Source of the DNA: an uncultured bacterium
GTDB taxonomy: Bacteria > Deinococcota > Deinococci > Deinococcales > Trueperaceae
DNA length: 54,761 bases
Assembly (NCBI GenBank): GCA_964634665.1
Contig: CAZWJZ010000002.1
Coordinates: 1-54,761 of the forward strand
Direction: 5' to 3'
This document shows, piece by piece, positions 1 to 9,583 of the stretch. Below the pieces are notes generated by a model. That model had not been told where the DNA came from. It saw only the letters and a program-made list of their open reading frames with translations, and ran no database searches. A program made the translations under genes and the position numbers. Position 1 is the first letter of the stretch. Each line of letters opens with the position of its first letter.

Positions 1-67
1 GATGCTTCTCGAGTTTTAGTAGCTCTGCTTCACTTTCTTTAATCAGTTTCTTATACTCCAAACGCAT
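1..67 (-). CDS. First 22 codons (MRLEYKKLIKESEAELLKLEKH...) of an ORF that runs off the left edge; function unknown
   Basis: ATG at 67-65 (minus). A CATAAT -10-like hexamer (79-74, minus) ends 6 nt upstream and there is no SD, so this is a leaderless-type start. Too short to classify. Confidence 0.3.
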   Translation of the reverse strand, partial: MRLEYKKLIKESEAELLKLEKH

Positions 68-76
68 CTTCCCATT

Positions 77-105
77 ATGACACTTTCTGAGCAGTTTGGT
101 ATAAT
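77..105 (+). promoter_or_regulatory. Sigma70-type promoter ATGACA-17-TGgTATAAT, back to back with the minus-strand start at 67
   Basis: -35-like ATGACA at 77-82. Extended -10 TGgTATAAT at 97-105. No convincing plus-strand gene lies downstream. Confidence 0.35.
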
Positions 106-196
106 ACTATCGAAAAGTCCAAACTTGAGGCGTTAGCTTCTACTTAAGGTATGTCAGAACCAAGAGTAGTTGAGAATCTACATACACAGAAACTTG

Positions 197-231
197 AGCT
201 CCTACTCGGTGAAAGTTCGAGAATAGGAGCT
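197..231 (-). terminator. Hairpin immediately after the GH42 stop; probable operon terminator
   Basis: AGCTCCTACTCG (197-208) pairs with CGAG..TAGGAGCT (218-231). On the minus strand it is followed by a short T-containing tract. Confidence 0.45.
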
Positions 232-260
232 ATTTACAAAGTATCAAGGCATTTATTTTG

Positions 261-2222
261 TTAAATGTCATCTTTAATAAAAGCAACATCTACAGAATCT
301 AGCTTTATGCTTTTTGAATCAGGAAGCTCGAGTGTTACTTGGGTGGGGTTAAAGTTCATGGCGTAGCTTATGTTTCCTCTTTTGCTGAGTCTTACGCCTT
401 CAGGCATGGTGTGTAGGGGTATTTGGGCGAGTTCTAAGATGGGTTTTAGTACTAGTGTGAGTGTGTCTGCTTCTGCCCACATGCCTATGGTGGTGCAGCT
501 TCCTTTTTTAAATAGGTTTCTGCTTATAGCGGTCTCATGTTCATAAGCTGCTGTTTGGTAAGTGGCTAGGGTTTTGGCAGTGGTGGGGCTCAGAACGTCT
601 GCCCATGTGTGGTAAGGGTAGCTTTTATCATTAAAGCTAATGCTTTCTTTGATGCCGGGCCTGATGGCATCTACATGGTAAATGTTTACACCCATGAGTT
701 TTGCTAGGGGGCCGGGTGCGGGTGCATGAGCAATGTTTGTGAGGTTTTTAAAGCCACTGCGGGGGCCTATGACTAAGTGATTACCTGCTTCTACGAAGGC
801 TTCTAAATGTTTTGCTAGAGCGTCATCTACTAAGTGTAAGGCGGGTGCAACAGCTACTTTGTAAGCACTTAAGTTGCTTCTAGGGTGAATAATGGCGACA
901 TTTAAGCCCAGTGCACGTAAGGCACTGTAGTAAGTCATCATTAAGCCCCAGTAATCCCAGCCTTGTGCGTGTCTTTGTAAGTTGCTTGCCCACATGCTTT
1001 CGTAATCAAATAGCAAAGCAACATCTGCATGTAACTTAGTAGTGTTAAGGTCTAGAGACTCGAGTTCTTTAAATACTTGTTTGGCTTCTGTGCTGGCTCT
1101 GTCTTCTGTGCCGTCGTGGTTGTTGAGCCCTGCATGCATGAGTTCTTGTGCGCCTCTAGCGGCACGCCAACGAAAGTAGGCAACGACATCGGCTCCATGT
1201 GCAAAGGCTTGGTGAGTCCATAGGCGCACGGCGCCTTTAGCAGGTAGTGGGTTATTGGGGGCCCAGTTTACCTGACCGGGTTGTTGCTCCATAACCCAGA
1301 AGGGTTGATCTTTTAAGCCTACATAAAGGTCATGCATGAAGCTGATTAAATCAGGATGCCCGACACGTAAATAATGAGCTTTTACATTATCATCTAGATT
1401 ACTTTGATCAAGCATGCCCAAAGGGTAACTATCCCACGTGACAATATCTATATCTTTAGCAAATTTGAAGTGATCGAAGTGCTCAAAGAACAGCATGACA
1501 TTATGCGTAATGGGGTAGCTCGAGTGTTCTCTAATAATGCTGCATTGCAGTTGATTGTAAGTAATCATGCTGTCAGAGGCAAAACGATAATAATCAAGAT
1601 TATGGCTTGGGTGTGCCTCTGTGGTGGTTAGAAAAGGCAGGTCAATTTCATCAAAACTTTGGTATTCCATGCTCCAGAAGACGTTCCACCATGCTTCGTT
1701 GAGTGCGTCTGTGGTGCCGTATTTTTCTTTTAACCAAGTTCTAAAGTCACGTTTGCAGTTGTCGCAGTAACAACGAATGGTGTCATGGCAGCCGTACTCG
1801 TTATCTGTTTGCCAAGCGGCGATTGCTTCATGCTTACCGTAACGCTCTGCGAGTAGGGTGGTTATGCGTTTTGTTTCTTCGCGGTAGCTTAGTGAGTTAA
1901 AACAGTAGTGCTTTCGAGATCCAAAATGTCGTTTATGACCATCTGCACCTACTTGTAAAATATCATCGTATTTGTCTATAAGCCATTTAGGGGGTGTAGC
2001 TGTAGGGGTACCTAAAACAACCTTAAGCCCTGCTGCGCCTAAAATATCAATAGAGCGGTCAAGCCAATCAAAATTAAGTTCACCAGAGCGCGGCTCGAGT
2101 CTGCTCCATGCAAATTCAGCAATGCGTACCCAGTTAATACCCAGGTCTTTCATGCGTTTAGCGTCGGGCTGCCAAGTTTCTTCGGGCCAATGCTCTGGGT
2201 AGTAACAAACACCTAATTTCAT
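261..2222 (-). CDS. Beta-galactosidase, glycoside hydrolase family 42
   Basis: MKLGVCYYPEHWPEE..INWVRIAEFAWSRLEP N-terminus, WQTDNEYG catalytic region, about 650 aa. The ATG at 2222 has AGGA about 6 nt upstream. The track ORF begins 7 codons earlier at a TTG. Confidence 0.9.
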   Translation of the reverse strand: MKLGVCYYPEHWPEETWQPDAKRMKDLGINWVRIAEFAWSRLEPRSGELNFDWLDRSIDILGAAGLKVVLGTPTATPPKWLIDKYDDILQVGADGHKRHFGSRKHYCFNSLSYREETKRITTLLAERYGKHEAIAAWQTDNEYGCHDTIRCYCDNCKRDFRTWLKEKYGTTDALNEAWWNVFWSMEYQSFDEIDLPFLTTTEAHPSHNLDYYRFASDSMITYNQLQCSIIREHSSYPITHNVMLFFEHFDHFKFAKDIDIVTWDSYPLGMLDQSNLDDNVKAHYLRVGHPDLISFMHDLYVGLKDQPFWVMEQQPGQVNWAPNNPLPAKGAVRLWTHQAFAHGADVVAYFRWRAARGAQELMHAGLNNHDGTEDRASTEAKQVFKELESLDLNTTKLHADVALLFDYESMWASNLQRHAQGWDYWGLMMTYYSALRALGLNVAIIHPRSNLSAYKVAVAPALHLVDDALAKHLEAFVEAGNHLVIGPRSGFKNLTNIAHAPAPGPLAKLMGVNIYHVDAIRPGIKESISFNDKSYPYHTWADVLSPTTAKTLATYQTAAYEHETAISRNLFKKGSCTTIGMWAEADTLTLVLKPILELAQIPLHTMPEGVRLSKRGNISYAMNFNPTQVTLELPDSKSIKLDSVDVAFIKDDI

Positions 2223-2373
2223 GGTTTTCCTTTGGTTGAACAAATGTGGAGTTTTTTAGAGTTTATCAGAATGCTTACTGCGGGTTTAAGAAATAGTGTA
2301 TCAAGAAGATAGTTTGTTTTTGCACGATGACGGGTGGCTTGCTTTTATTTGTTAGCTGCCTTTTTAGTTGAGT

Positions 2374-3618
2374 TTACTCTTTGCCACCAGAAGCAGCTAA
2401 GCCTTCTATAAAGTAACGTTGCGCAAAAATAAAGACTATCATGGGTGGCAAAATAGCGACAGCTGCGCCTGTTAAAACAATGTTCGGGCGGTCTGAAGCA
2501 ATGTTGCTTAGCGTAATGAGTGCGAGGGTTAGTACATGATTTGCTTCGTTACCTGCACTAATAATAAGTAGGGGCCATAAAAAACTATTCCATGCGTATA
2601 GGAAAGAAAAAATAGATAAGGTGGCTATGGCAGGCCTGCTTAGTGGCACAAAAAGTTGCCATAAGATGCGAAAGCGACTTGCGCCGTCAAGCATGGCTGC
2701 TTCTTCTATGTCTTTAGGAATGGAGATGAAGAATTGGCGCATCAGGAAGGTACCGTAGGCTGTAAATACCCAAGGTAGAATCAGTGAAACCAGTTTGTTT
2801 TGCCAATCTAAAATTACCATAAAGCGATACATAGGGATGATTAGCACTACAAAGGGAATCATAATGCTACCTAAGTAGGTTAGAAAAAGCGTATCGCGAC
2901 CTTTAAAGGGAATTCGGCTAAACGCGTAACCCCCAAAAATAGAGGTAATCACTTGCCCAAATACAACTGAAAGGGTAACCAGAATGGTATTCACGAGCGC
3001 GCGGTTTAGGTTCAGATTAAAGAAAGCTTCGTAGTTACGCCATTCGAACTTAAGGAATTCTTGTTTGCTTGCTGTGCGTTCTACGGCAAATGTTTCAATG
3101 CTAGGGTTTTCAGTATCAACAAAACGATTCAGGGCACCACGGTACGCTAAGAGTAATTCTTGTTTTGAGCCGTCAGGAAGCGTAACTTCATAAACATCAA
3201 AGCTTGCTTCATTACCTGAGCTATCTGAAAGGCTAAGTTGTTTCTCTAAATCGACAGCATCATCTAAAGGTACTTGAGTTGTCAGAACACTCGAGCGTGG
3301 GTCTTGTGGGTTGATTTGTTCTGCGGTACTAAAGAAGCCAAAGCGAATGCGCTCGCCGCTGTCTATCATGTTGCGGCTTTGCCCGTCTAGGGTGAAGCTG
3401 TATAAGGCTGCTTCGTTACCGTCTATGGTTTGCGTTTGTTGACTGTAGGGGAGTAAGCGTGGCGGGTAGCGAAAGACATCTGTTGAGGTTTTTAGGGAGG
3501 TGAATATCATGTATAGAAACGGGAATATCATTAAAAAGCCGAAGGCGCTGAGTAAAAGATAGGCTAGACCTCTGCCGATAATCATTTTAAGACGCTGATT
3601 TCTTTGTTTGTTGGTCAT
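2374..3618 (-). CDS. Carbohydrate ABC transporter permease (MalG type) with a roughly 150-aa periplasmic insert after TM1
   Basis: EAA loop DIEEAAMLDGASRFRILWQLFVPLSRPA, multiple TM segments, and operon context. Confidence 0.85.
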   Translation of the reverse strand: MTNKQRNQRLKMIIGRGLAYLLLSAFGFLMIFPFLYMIFTSLKTSTDVFRYPPRLLPYSQQTQTIDGNEAALYSFTLDGQSRNMIDSGERIRFGFFSTAEQINPQDPRSSVLTTQVPLDDAVDLEKQLSLSDSSGNEASFDVYEVTLPDGSKQELLLAYRGALNRFVDTENPSIETFAVERTASKQEFLKFEWRNYEAFFNLNLNRALVNTILVTLSVVFGQVITSIFGGYAFSRIPFKGRDTLFLTYLGSIMIPFVVLIIPMYRFMVILDWQNKLVSLILPWVFTAYGTFLMRQFFISIPKDIEEAAMLDGASRFRILWQLFVPLSRPAIATLSIFSFLYAWNSFLWPLLIISAGNEANHVLTLALITLSNIASDRPNIVLTGAAVAILPPMIVFIFAQRYFIEGLAASGGKE

Positions 3619-3627
3619 GATTGCCTC

Positions 3628-5286
3628 TTAACTGTAAGCCTGTGAGCGGTTAAAGCGAAACTGAATGAAGGTAAAGCCAAAAATAATTAAGAAGAGAATC
3701 CATGCAATGGAGCTAGCGTAACCAAAATTAAATTGAAAGAAACCCTGACGGTACAAGTAGTAGACCATCGTGCTTGACTGTTCAGGAATGGGGTTAGAAG
3801 GAAACAAGGCATAAGGTTCATTAAAGACTTGTAAGCCTGTGACCATGGTGGTAATGAGTACAAAAAAAGTGGTGGGTGCTAAGAGGGGCAAGGTAACATT
3901 TATGAAGCGCTGCCAAGGGTTAGCACCATCAATCATAGAGGCTTCGTAAAGTGAAATGGGTACACCCTGCAATCCAGCTAAAAAAAGCACGGTGTTATAG
4001 CCTACAACTTGCCAAGCTGCCAAAATGACTACAGAAATAAGAACGACATTGGGGTCTGAAAGCCATAAGATTTCTTGCGGGCTTGCGCCAAACCAAGCTG
4101 CAACTTGGCTAATGCTGTAATTAATAAAGCCTGTCGTTGGGGTGTAAAGCCAACGCCAAATAAGGGCAGTTCCTACAACCGCAGCGACAGAAGGTAAAAA
4201 GTACAAGGCACGAAAAAACTTAACGCCCGGTAAAGAAGAATTCAGAATTAAAGAAATACCTAGTGCAGGTAAAATAGCTAAAGGTAATAGAAGTAAACAA
4301 AATAAGAGGGTGTTGCCTAAACTAATCCAGAAAAGTCTATCTTTAGCACCAAAGATAATACGACTATCACCAAATCTAAAGTCTCGTACAACTGCGTAGC
4401 CAAAATCAAGCGCATCTTGAGCATTCATACTCGAGTCTGTAATGGTTTTAAATTGTACTGAGAGCAGTTTTGCGTAGTTATCAACGCCAACCCAGTGGGG
4501 TACTTGACCTACGGAACTGTCGGTAAAACTTAAGTAAAACGAGAGTAGCAAGGGGGCTGCAAAAAAGAATAAAAAGCCAATAATGTTAGGTGATAACATA
4601 AACCAACCCTGCCATGCATTACGCTGTTCTGGGCTTTCACCAAAGACTTTAGCTAAGCTAAGTAAACGAAAAATAGCAATTAAGAACATAATAACAAGCA
4701 AACTAAGTAGCCATGTTTGCCAATTTGAATATTGTGATAAAACAAAATTAGCTCCGCCCAAAATGTTAGAGCGTAGTAATAAAGTAATGAGCGTAAGAGC
4801 TGCTAAGAAGAGTGCAAAGCGTTCAAGAACAAGCTTTAAAAGACCTTGGAGTTTGCCAGAAAAAAAGAACAGAGCATAAGCAAAAGCAAAGCCTAAATTC
4901 CAAAAGCCATTTGCCATAATGCCATCAACAATAAATTCGTAGCTATCGTAAAAGCCCCAGAGGCCTAAAAGGGCAAAGCTGCTAAGTGCAAAACCAGCAA
5001 CATTTACAAGTAACGAAGCGTAACGCCCAAAGTTGCGTTTGCCAAGCAAGAAAATGCTACCTATAACAGCAAAGACAGCAGGTAGCAGCACAATAAGACC
5101 AGCAAAATACTGAACAGGTTTACCTAAATCAGCAGGTTTTCCCAAAATACTCAAGGTATCCATTTGAAAAATAGTTGTAGCCAAAATAGCACAGCTAATC
5201 GCTAAGACAAGATTCCAGATAGAAAGAAGATAAATAGAAGCTCGAGCTCGAGTTGTTAAGGCTTGATGCAAAGGGTCTGTAGTCAT
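3628..5286 (-). CDS. Carbohydrate ABC transporter permease (MalF type) with a roughly 230-aa N-terminal multi-TM extension
   Basis: EAA loop LYEASMIDGANPWQRFINVTLPLLAP in the C-terminal half. The N-terminal half is hydrophobic with no recognisable motif. Confidence 0.85.
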   Translation of the reverse strand: MTTDPLHQALTTRARASIYLLSIWNLVLAISCAILATTIFQMDTLSILGKPADLGKPVQYFAGLIVLLPAVFAVIGSIFLLGKRNFGRYASLLVNVAGFALSSFALLGLWGFYDSYEFIVDGIMANGFWNLGFAFAYALFFFSGKLQGLLKLVLERFALFLAALTLITLLLRSNILGGANFVLSQYSNWQTWLLSLLVIMFLIAIFRLLSLAKVFGESPEQRNAWQGWFMLSPNIIGFLFFFAAPLLLSFYLSFTDSSVGQVPHWVGVDNYAKLLSVQFKTITDSSMNAQDALDFGYAVVRDFRFGDSRIIFGAKDRLFWISLGNTLLFCLLLLPLAILPALGISLILNSSLPGVKFFRALYFLPSVAAVVGTALIWRWLYTPTTGFINYSISQVAAWFGASPQEILWLSDPNVVLISVVILAAWQVVGYNTVLFLAGLQGVPISLYEASMIDGANPWQRFINVTLPLLAPTTFFVLITTMVTGLQVFNEPYALFPSNPIPEQSSTMVYYLYRQGFFQFNFGYASSIAWILFLIIFGFTFIQFRFNRSQAYS

Positions 5287-5416
5287 TTTTACCGCCTTTG
5301 AAGAGGGTTTCTTAAAGCCAACTGAGGCTTGAGGGATTGAGGCTTAATTTCTAAAATAAAGTGTAATAAAAAGAGCAATTCGCATGAATTGCTCTTTTTA
5401 TTATTAATGTTTTGCT

Positions 5417-6676
5417 TTAGTTACCAAACTCTGGTGCAACTTGCGTACAAATGGTATCAGCAAACTCTTGGGCGCTTAATTCACCATTGTAAATAGAGGT
5501 GACAGCGTTACCGTAAGCAGCGTCAACAGCTGGCCAGTTGCCTGCAAAAAGAGGAGCTTCTGTACGTACATCAGCAGCAGTTGTGCCATCAATAAATGCT
5601 TGATTATTAACACCACTACCAGCTAGTGTAGCTAAGAAAAGCTCAATGGCTTCAGGCGTAGCGCGACTAGGAATGTTGGCACCTAAAGAAGCAATTTGAC
5701 CTTGAATTTCAGCACTGGTTAAGCGAGTCACTAAATCCCAAGCTGCTTCTGGATTTTCAGTTTTGGCATTAACAACATAAGCACCCCAGAAAAGCCAGTT
5801 TGTGGCTTCACCACTAGGGCCAATGGGTAGTGGTGCAACGTTCCAGTTAAAGCCTGCATTAGCAATCGTACCAGGGGTAGCCCAACGACCATTAAGGAAC
5901 ATACCAACATTACCAGCTAAGAAAGGCGGCTCAGAGTCAGTACCCCAAGGAATAGCTGCGCCACTCTTAATAAGATCAGCTGAGAAATCTAAACCAGCAA
6001 CAGTTGCTTCATTATTTAAACCACAAGCACTGTAGTCTTCATTAAAGAAGCTACTACCTGCAGCATTTACAAAGTAACCCCAGTTAGCCCACCAAGCGTT
6101 CATACCGAAGCCATAAATTTCATCACCAAGACCACTTATGTCATTAACGGCAGTCTCAAAGCGATCCCAGTTCCAGTTATCGCCACCTGGGTAGTCAAGA
6201 CCTGCTTCATCAAAAAGATCAGCATTGTAGTAAAGTGCAAAGGCACTCACATCTCTTGGTAAACCCCACAGTGCGTCACCGTCATCTATAGGGGTTGTTA
6301 AGAAGCCCATAGGGCCAGCGTAAAAGTCAGTTTCATTGTAGTTAGCATCGCTAGCAGCAACATCAGCTAAGTTAAGAATAAGGCCTGCCTGAGCAAAACG
6401 AGCAATATCTGTTCCCGGAATCCAGAAGACATCAGGAGCAGTTCCTGCTTCAATTTCTGTTACCAGCACATCTTGATAACCAGCGCCCTCAGAACCACCT
6501 GGCTCGTAAACCAAGCTCACGCCATCCCAGTCAGCATCAATAGCAGCACTAGCTGACTCATAAACATCAATTTCAGCCTGATTATCAGGGCGGGTGCGCC
6601 AACGTAAACTAATATCTTGCGCAAATACTTCAGAAGCAAATGCAAACACGAGAACTAAAGCCAAAAGTTTTTTCAT
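5417..6676 (-). CDS. Extracellular sugar-binding protein of the ABC transporter (SBP family 1)
   Basis: Signal peptide MKKLLALVLVFAFASEVFAQ, Trp/Asn/Gly-rich SBP_bac_1-like sequence. The ATG at 6676 has AAGGA upstream. The track ORF starts 5 codons earlier at a TTG. Confidence 0.85.
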   Translation of the reverse strand: MKKLLALVLVFAFASEVFAQDISLRWRTRPDNQAEIDVYESASAAIDADWDGVSLVYEPGGSEGAGYQDVLVTEIEAGTAPDVFWIPGTDIARFAQAGLILNLADVAASDANYNETDFYAGPMGFLTTPIDDGDALWGLPRDVSAFALYYNADLFDEAGLDYPGGDNWNWDRFETAVNDISGLGDEIYGFGMNAWWANWGYFVNAAGSSFFNEDYSACGLNNEATVAGLDFSADLIKSGAAIPWGTDSEPPFLAGNVGMFLNGRWATPGTIANAGFNWNVAPLPIGPSGEATNWLFWGAYVVNAKTENPEAAWDLVTRLTSAEIQGQIASLGANIPSRATPEAIELFLATLAGSGVNNQAFIDGTTAADVRTEAPLFAGNWPAVDAAYGNAVTSIYNGELSAQEFADTICTQVAPEFGN

Positions 6677-6827
6677 ATCTATCCTTTTCAAAAATTACTA
6701 TCTAAAAACACAATTAAATGCAAGCGACGACAAAAACTAAATCACAGTAATTACAATTAACCACCCCCTAAAAAAGCTCGAGCTAAGAAAGCTAGCCAAA
6801 GCTTAAGCATAACTAAGTAAGCTCGAG

Positions 6828-7862
6828 TCATGAACTTAAGCCTTTAACAGCTTGCGTACTCGAGCGTAGGATGAGTTCAGGGAAAAGAATGCGCTGCTGT
6901 GGCACGGGGGCGTCTTGTTCAAATAGAGAGAGTAAGTAAGTGACGCTTTGTTGACCTAGTAAGTTAAAGTCTTGCCTTATGGTGCTTAAGGGAGGGTCTA
7001 TAAATTCGGCTTCTGGAATGTCATCAAAGCCAATGATAGATAGATCTTCTGGTATCTTGAGGCCGTGTTCTTTGAAAGCGCGGTAAGCCCCTAAGGCCAT
7101 ATGGTCATTAGCAACAATGAGGGCGCTAAACTTTAGGTTTTGTGCTTTGCTTTTTTCTAAGAGTGTCTGGGCTGCATGATAGCCACTTTTTACGGACCAG
7201 TCACCTTCTGCACTTAAGCTGAGCTTTAAACCAGTTTTGCTAAGAACTTGCTCTAAGGCTTCTTGCCGTGAGGCGGCAACCGCCCAATTTAAAGGCCCAC
7301 TTATGCTGGCAATATGTTTGTGGCCAAGTGTCATAAGGTGCTTGGTTGCTAAGTTGATGCCGTGTTCTTGGTCAATAAGGACTGAGGCAATATGTTGCCC
7401 TTTACTAATATCTATCATGACATAAGGTGTTTGGCCAAGCTGCTCTTTAATTTTGTTGAAATTTAGTTCAGCAATAGGGGTAATGAGTAAAATGCCGTCT
7501 AATTGTTGTATATCTATATCAGCAAAGAGGTCCTCTAGTGTCTCGGTTTGAGGGTCATCAATAAAATTAATATGTAGCTTGTAGCCTTTTTGCTTAAGGC
7601 TTGCTTCTATACCTTTTAAAACTTGCCAAGGCCCATAATAGGCATTACCAAAACTAATAATGCCAATGCTATTAGAACGACCTGTGGATAGCCGTCTAGC
7701 TGCGTCATTGGGTCGGTAGCCTAATTTTTCAATGGTGTTCAAAATGCGCTTACGTGTTTTTTCTGCCACATGAGGACTATTATTAATAACTCTAGAGACC
7801 GTCTGGTAAGAAACACCGGCAGCTTTAGCAACGTCATTAATGGTTAAGGCTTTTGAAGACAT
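6828..7862 (-). CDS. LacI-family transcriptional repressor
   Basis: N-terminal HTH TINDVAKAAGVSYQTVSRVINN followed by a periplasmic-binding-fold effector domain. Confidence 0.9.
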   Translation of the reverse strand: MSSKALTINDVAKAAGVSYQTVSRVINNSPHVAEKTRKRILNTIEKLGYRPNDAARRLSTGRSNSIGIISFGNAYYGPWQVLKGIEASLKQKGYKLHINFIDDPQTETLEDLFADIDIQQLDGILLITPIAELNFNKIKEQLGQTPYVMIDISKGQHIASVLIDQEHGINLATKHLMTLGHKHIASISGPLNWAVAASRQEALEQVLSKTGLKLSLSAEGDWSVKSGYHAAQTLLEKSKAQNLKFSALIVANDHMALGAYRAFKEHGLKIPEDLSIIGFDDIPEAEFIDPPLSTIRQDFNLLGQQSVTYLLSLFEQDAPVPQQRILFPELILRSSTQAVKGLSS

Positions 7863-7895
7863 AAGTAAAAAAGCATCCTTATAAATAATAAAAAT

Positions 7896-7909
7896 TGTGA
7901 CCGCTCACA
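7896..7909. promoter_or_regulatory. LacI-type operator TGTGACCGCTCACA
   Basis: Inverted TGTGA/TCACA arms 34 nt upstream of the lacI-family start; resembles the symmetric lac operator TGTGAGCGCTCACA. Confidence 0.55.
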
Positions 7910-8096
7910 TCATAGCCTTGTAACTAAAGCTTGTCAATTATCAGACCTTAATTAATGAGTCTCATAAAGACGAACTATGCGATACAGATTACAATTAGAA
8001 GTAGAAAATTACTTAGCCCATTCAAAATACTCGAGTGTTGTCTATATTCGAAGCTAATTTAAAACGCTTTTCAAACTTATAAACTAGCCAAGTAAA

Positions 8097-8110
8097 TGTG
8101 AACGCTCACT
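8097..8110. promoter_or_regulatory. Second LacI-type operator-like site TGTGAACGCTCACT
   Basis: Near copy of the site at 7896, about 200 bp further upstream. Confidence 0.4.
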
Positions 8111-8468
8111 ATTGTAAGAGTAGCTCTCTCTTCTAAGCCTAATAGGGCAGCTATTAACACCAAAACAGAGTCAATGGTAATCACCCCAACGCAATACAAA
8201 GAACTCGAGCACTATACTTTTGTTAAGTAACTATTCAGACTTAGGAGTCTATTAGTGGTCTTAGGGTACTATTGAAAGGCTGTCTAGGACGACTTATTTT
8301 AATGAGAAAGAGCATTTTAGTCTGGTAATTGATAAGATTTTGGGTTATTTTCTCATCTTGGAAGCTGTCCAGGACGTATTTTCTTGGGCTGAGTAGTTAC
8401 TTTGTTAAAGCTTAAGTCAGACTAAGTTTGTTATTAGTTGCTGTTGCTTTGTGTTGGAAGGAATCTTA

Positions 8469-9452
8469 ATGTCTTATTTACTTCGCGGGCTCGCCGCTAA
8501 TGGCAGTATTCGCGTTATTGCTGCAGATACAACGGCTTTGGTAGATGAAGCTCGACAACGGCACAGTACTACACCGTTAGCATCTGCTGCATTAGGTCGC
8601 ACCTTAACAGGTGCCCTTCTACTATCTCATGTGGTACTCAAAAATCATCAAGATAGACTCACCCTTCGCTTACGGGGTGATGGTCCTTTGGGTGGTGTGG
8701 TTGCAGATGCAGGTTTAGATGGCGCTGTAAGAGGCTATGTAAGTAACCCTAACTTAACGCTAGCTAACCGCAAAGATGGCAAGCTTGATGTGGGTAGAGC
8801 TATTGGTCAGGGTGACATAGAAATCATTCGTTCACATGCACCTTACGGTGACCCTTATAGCAGTAGCGTAAAGCTAGTAAGTGGTGAAATTGCTGAAGAC
8901 ATAGCTATGTTCTTAGCGCAATCAGAACAAATAGGCTCAGCTGTCCTTTTAGGTGTCTATGTTGAAGGTCAGCAAGTTAAACAGTCAGGTGGCGTGCTTT
9001 TACAAGCCCTACCAGGCGCAGAAGAAGCAGCCCTAACTTTATTAGAAGCAAACATAAAAGCTTTTGGGCAACTTACTGACGGCATGAGCCGTATGAGCAT
9101 GCTAGAAATACTCAATGAACTCTGCTGGGGTATGGGCTTTGAACTCTTAACAGATGACGCACTAGCCCTAAAGTTTGATTGCCGTTGTAGTGACGAAAAG
9201 GCCTTAGATGCCTTAGCTTACTTCAGCCCTGAAGAACGCCAAGATATGATTAGTCAAGATGGTGGTGCAGAAGTTGTGTGCCACTGGTGTAACGAAAAAC
9301 GTTGGTTAAACCCAGAGCAAATACAAAGCATTTCAAATAACGAAATACGCTGCCCTGACTGCCAAACCTTATGGTACAGAGAAGGTCAAGCCACCATGAT
9401 GAGAGATGACGAACGTTGTTCTTGTGGTCGCTTGGTCATGTTACCCGCTTAG
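8469..9452 (+). CDS. hslO: Hsp33 redox-regulated chaperone with an extra C-terminal Cys4 tail
   Basis: Hsp33 fold sequence with the CRC...CHWC zinc centre. GGAAGGA lies upstream of the ATG at 8469. An extra 39 aa contain CPDC...CSC. Confidence 0.9.
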   Translation: MSYLLRGLAANGSIRVIAADTTALVDEARQRHSTTPLASAALGRTLTGALLLSHVVLKNHQDRLTLRLRGDGPLGGVVADAGLDGAVRGYVSNPNLTLANRKDGKLDVGRAIGQGDIEIIRSHAPYGDPYSSSVKLVSGEIAEDIAMFLAQSEQIGSAVLLGVYVEGQQVKQSGGVLLQALPGAEEAALTLLEANIKAFGQLTDGMSRMSMLEILNELCWGMGFELLTDDALALKFDCRCSDEKALDALAYFSPEERQDMISQDGGAEVVCHWCNEKRWLNPEQIQSISNNEIRCPDCQTLWYREGQATMMRDDERCSCGRLVMLPA

Positions 9453-9471
9453 GTAAGATAAGCTTAAGTTG

Positions 9472-9503
9472 AAAGGCTGAGAACTAGATTCTCAGCCTTT
9501 TTT
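9472..9503 (+). terminator. Intrinsic terminator of hslO
   Basis: GGCTGAGAA / TTCTCAGCC stem followed by TTTTTT. Confidence 0.75.
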
Positions 9504-9531
9504 AGTAGTTCAATCAATTAAACAATCTTAA

Positions 9532-9559
9532 AGACGTACGTCTAACTTGACGTACGTTA
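9532..9559. promoter_or_regulatory. Two ACGTACGT-core palindromes; candidate operators
   Basis: AGACGTACGTCT (9532-9543) is a perfect 12-bp palindrome. TGACGTACGTTA (9548-9559) lies 16 bp centre to centre from it and overlaps the -35. Confidence 0.4.
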
Positions 9560-9576
9560 GATTAAACGTGCATAAT
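9547..9576 (+). promoter_or_regulatory. Promoter TTGACG-18-CATAAT of the NTPase cassette
   Basis: The -10 ends 7 nt before the ATG at 9584 and there is no SD, implying a leaderless mRNA. Confidence 0.5.
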
Positions 9577-9583
9577 GGTTTAT

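Noticed and set aside
151-264. 37-codon plus-strand ORF (MSEPRVVENLHTQKLELLLGESSRIGAIYKVSRHLFC) downstream of the 77-105 promoter
   Set aside because: The only SD-like AAGG is 1 nt from the ATG. The ORF spans the hairpin that more plausibly terminates the GH42 operon, and its sequence is not recognisable.
1404-7425. Antisense ORFs inside the GH42/ABC/LacI genes (1404-1631, 1972-2202, 4583-4879, 5802-6035, 7237-7425)
   Set aside because: Each is fully embedded opposite a gene with clear family motifs. None has an RBS or a recognisable domain.
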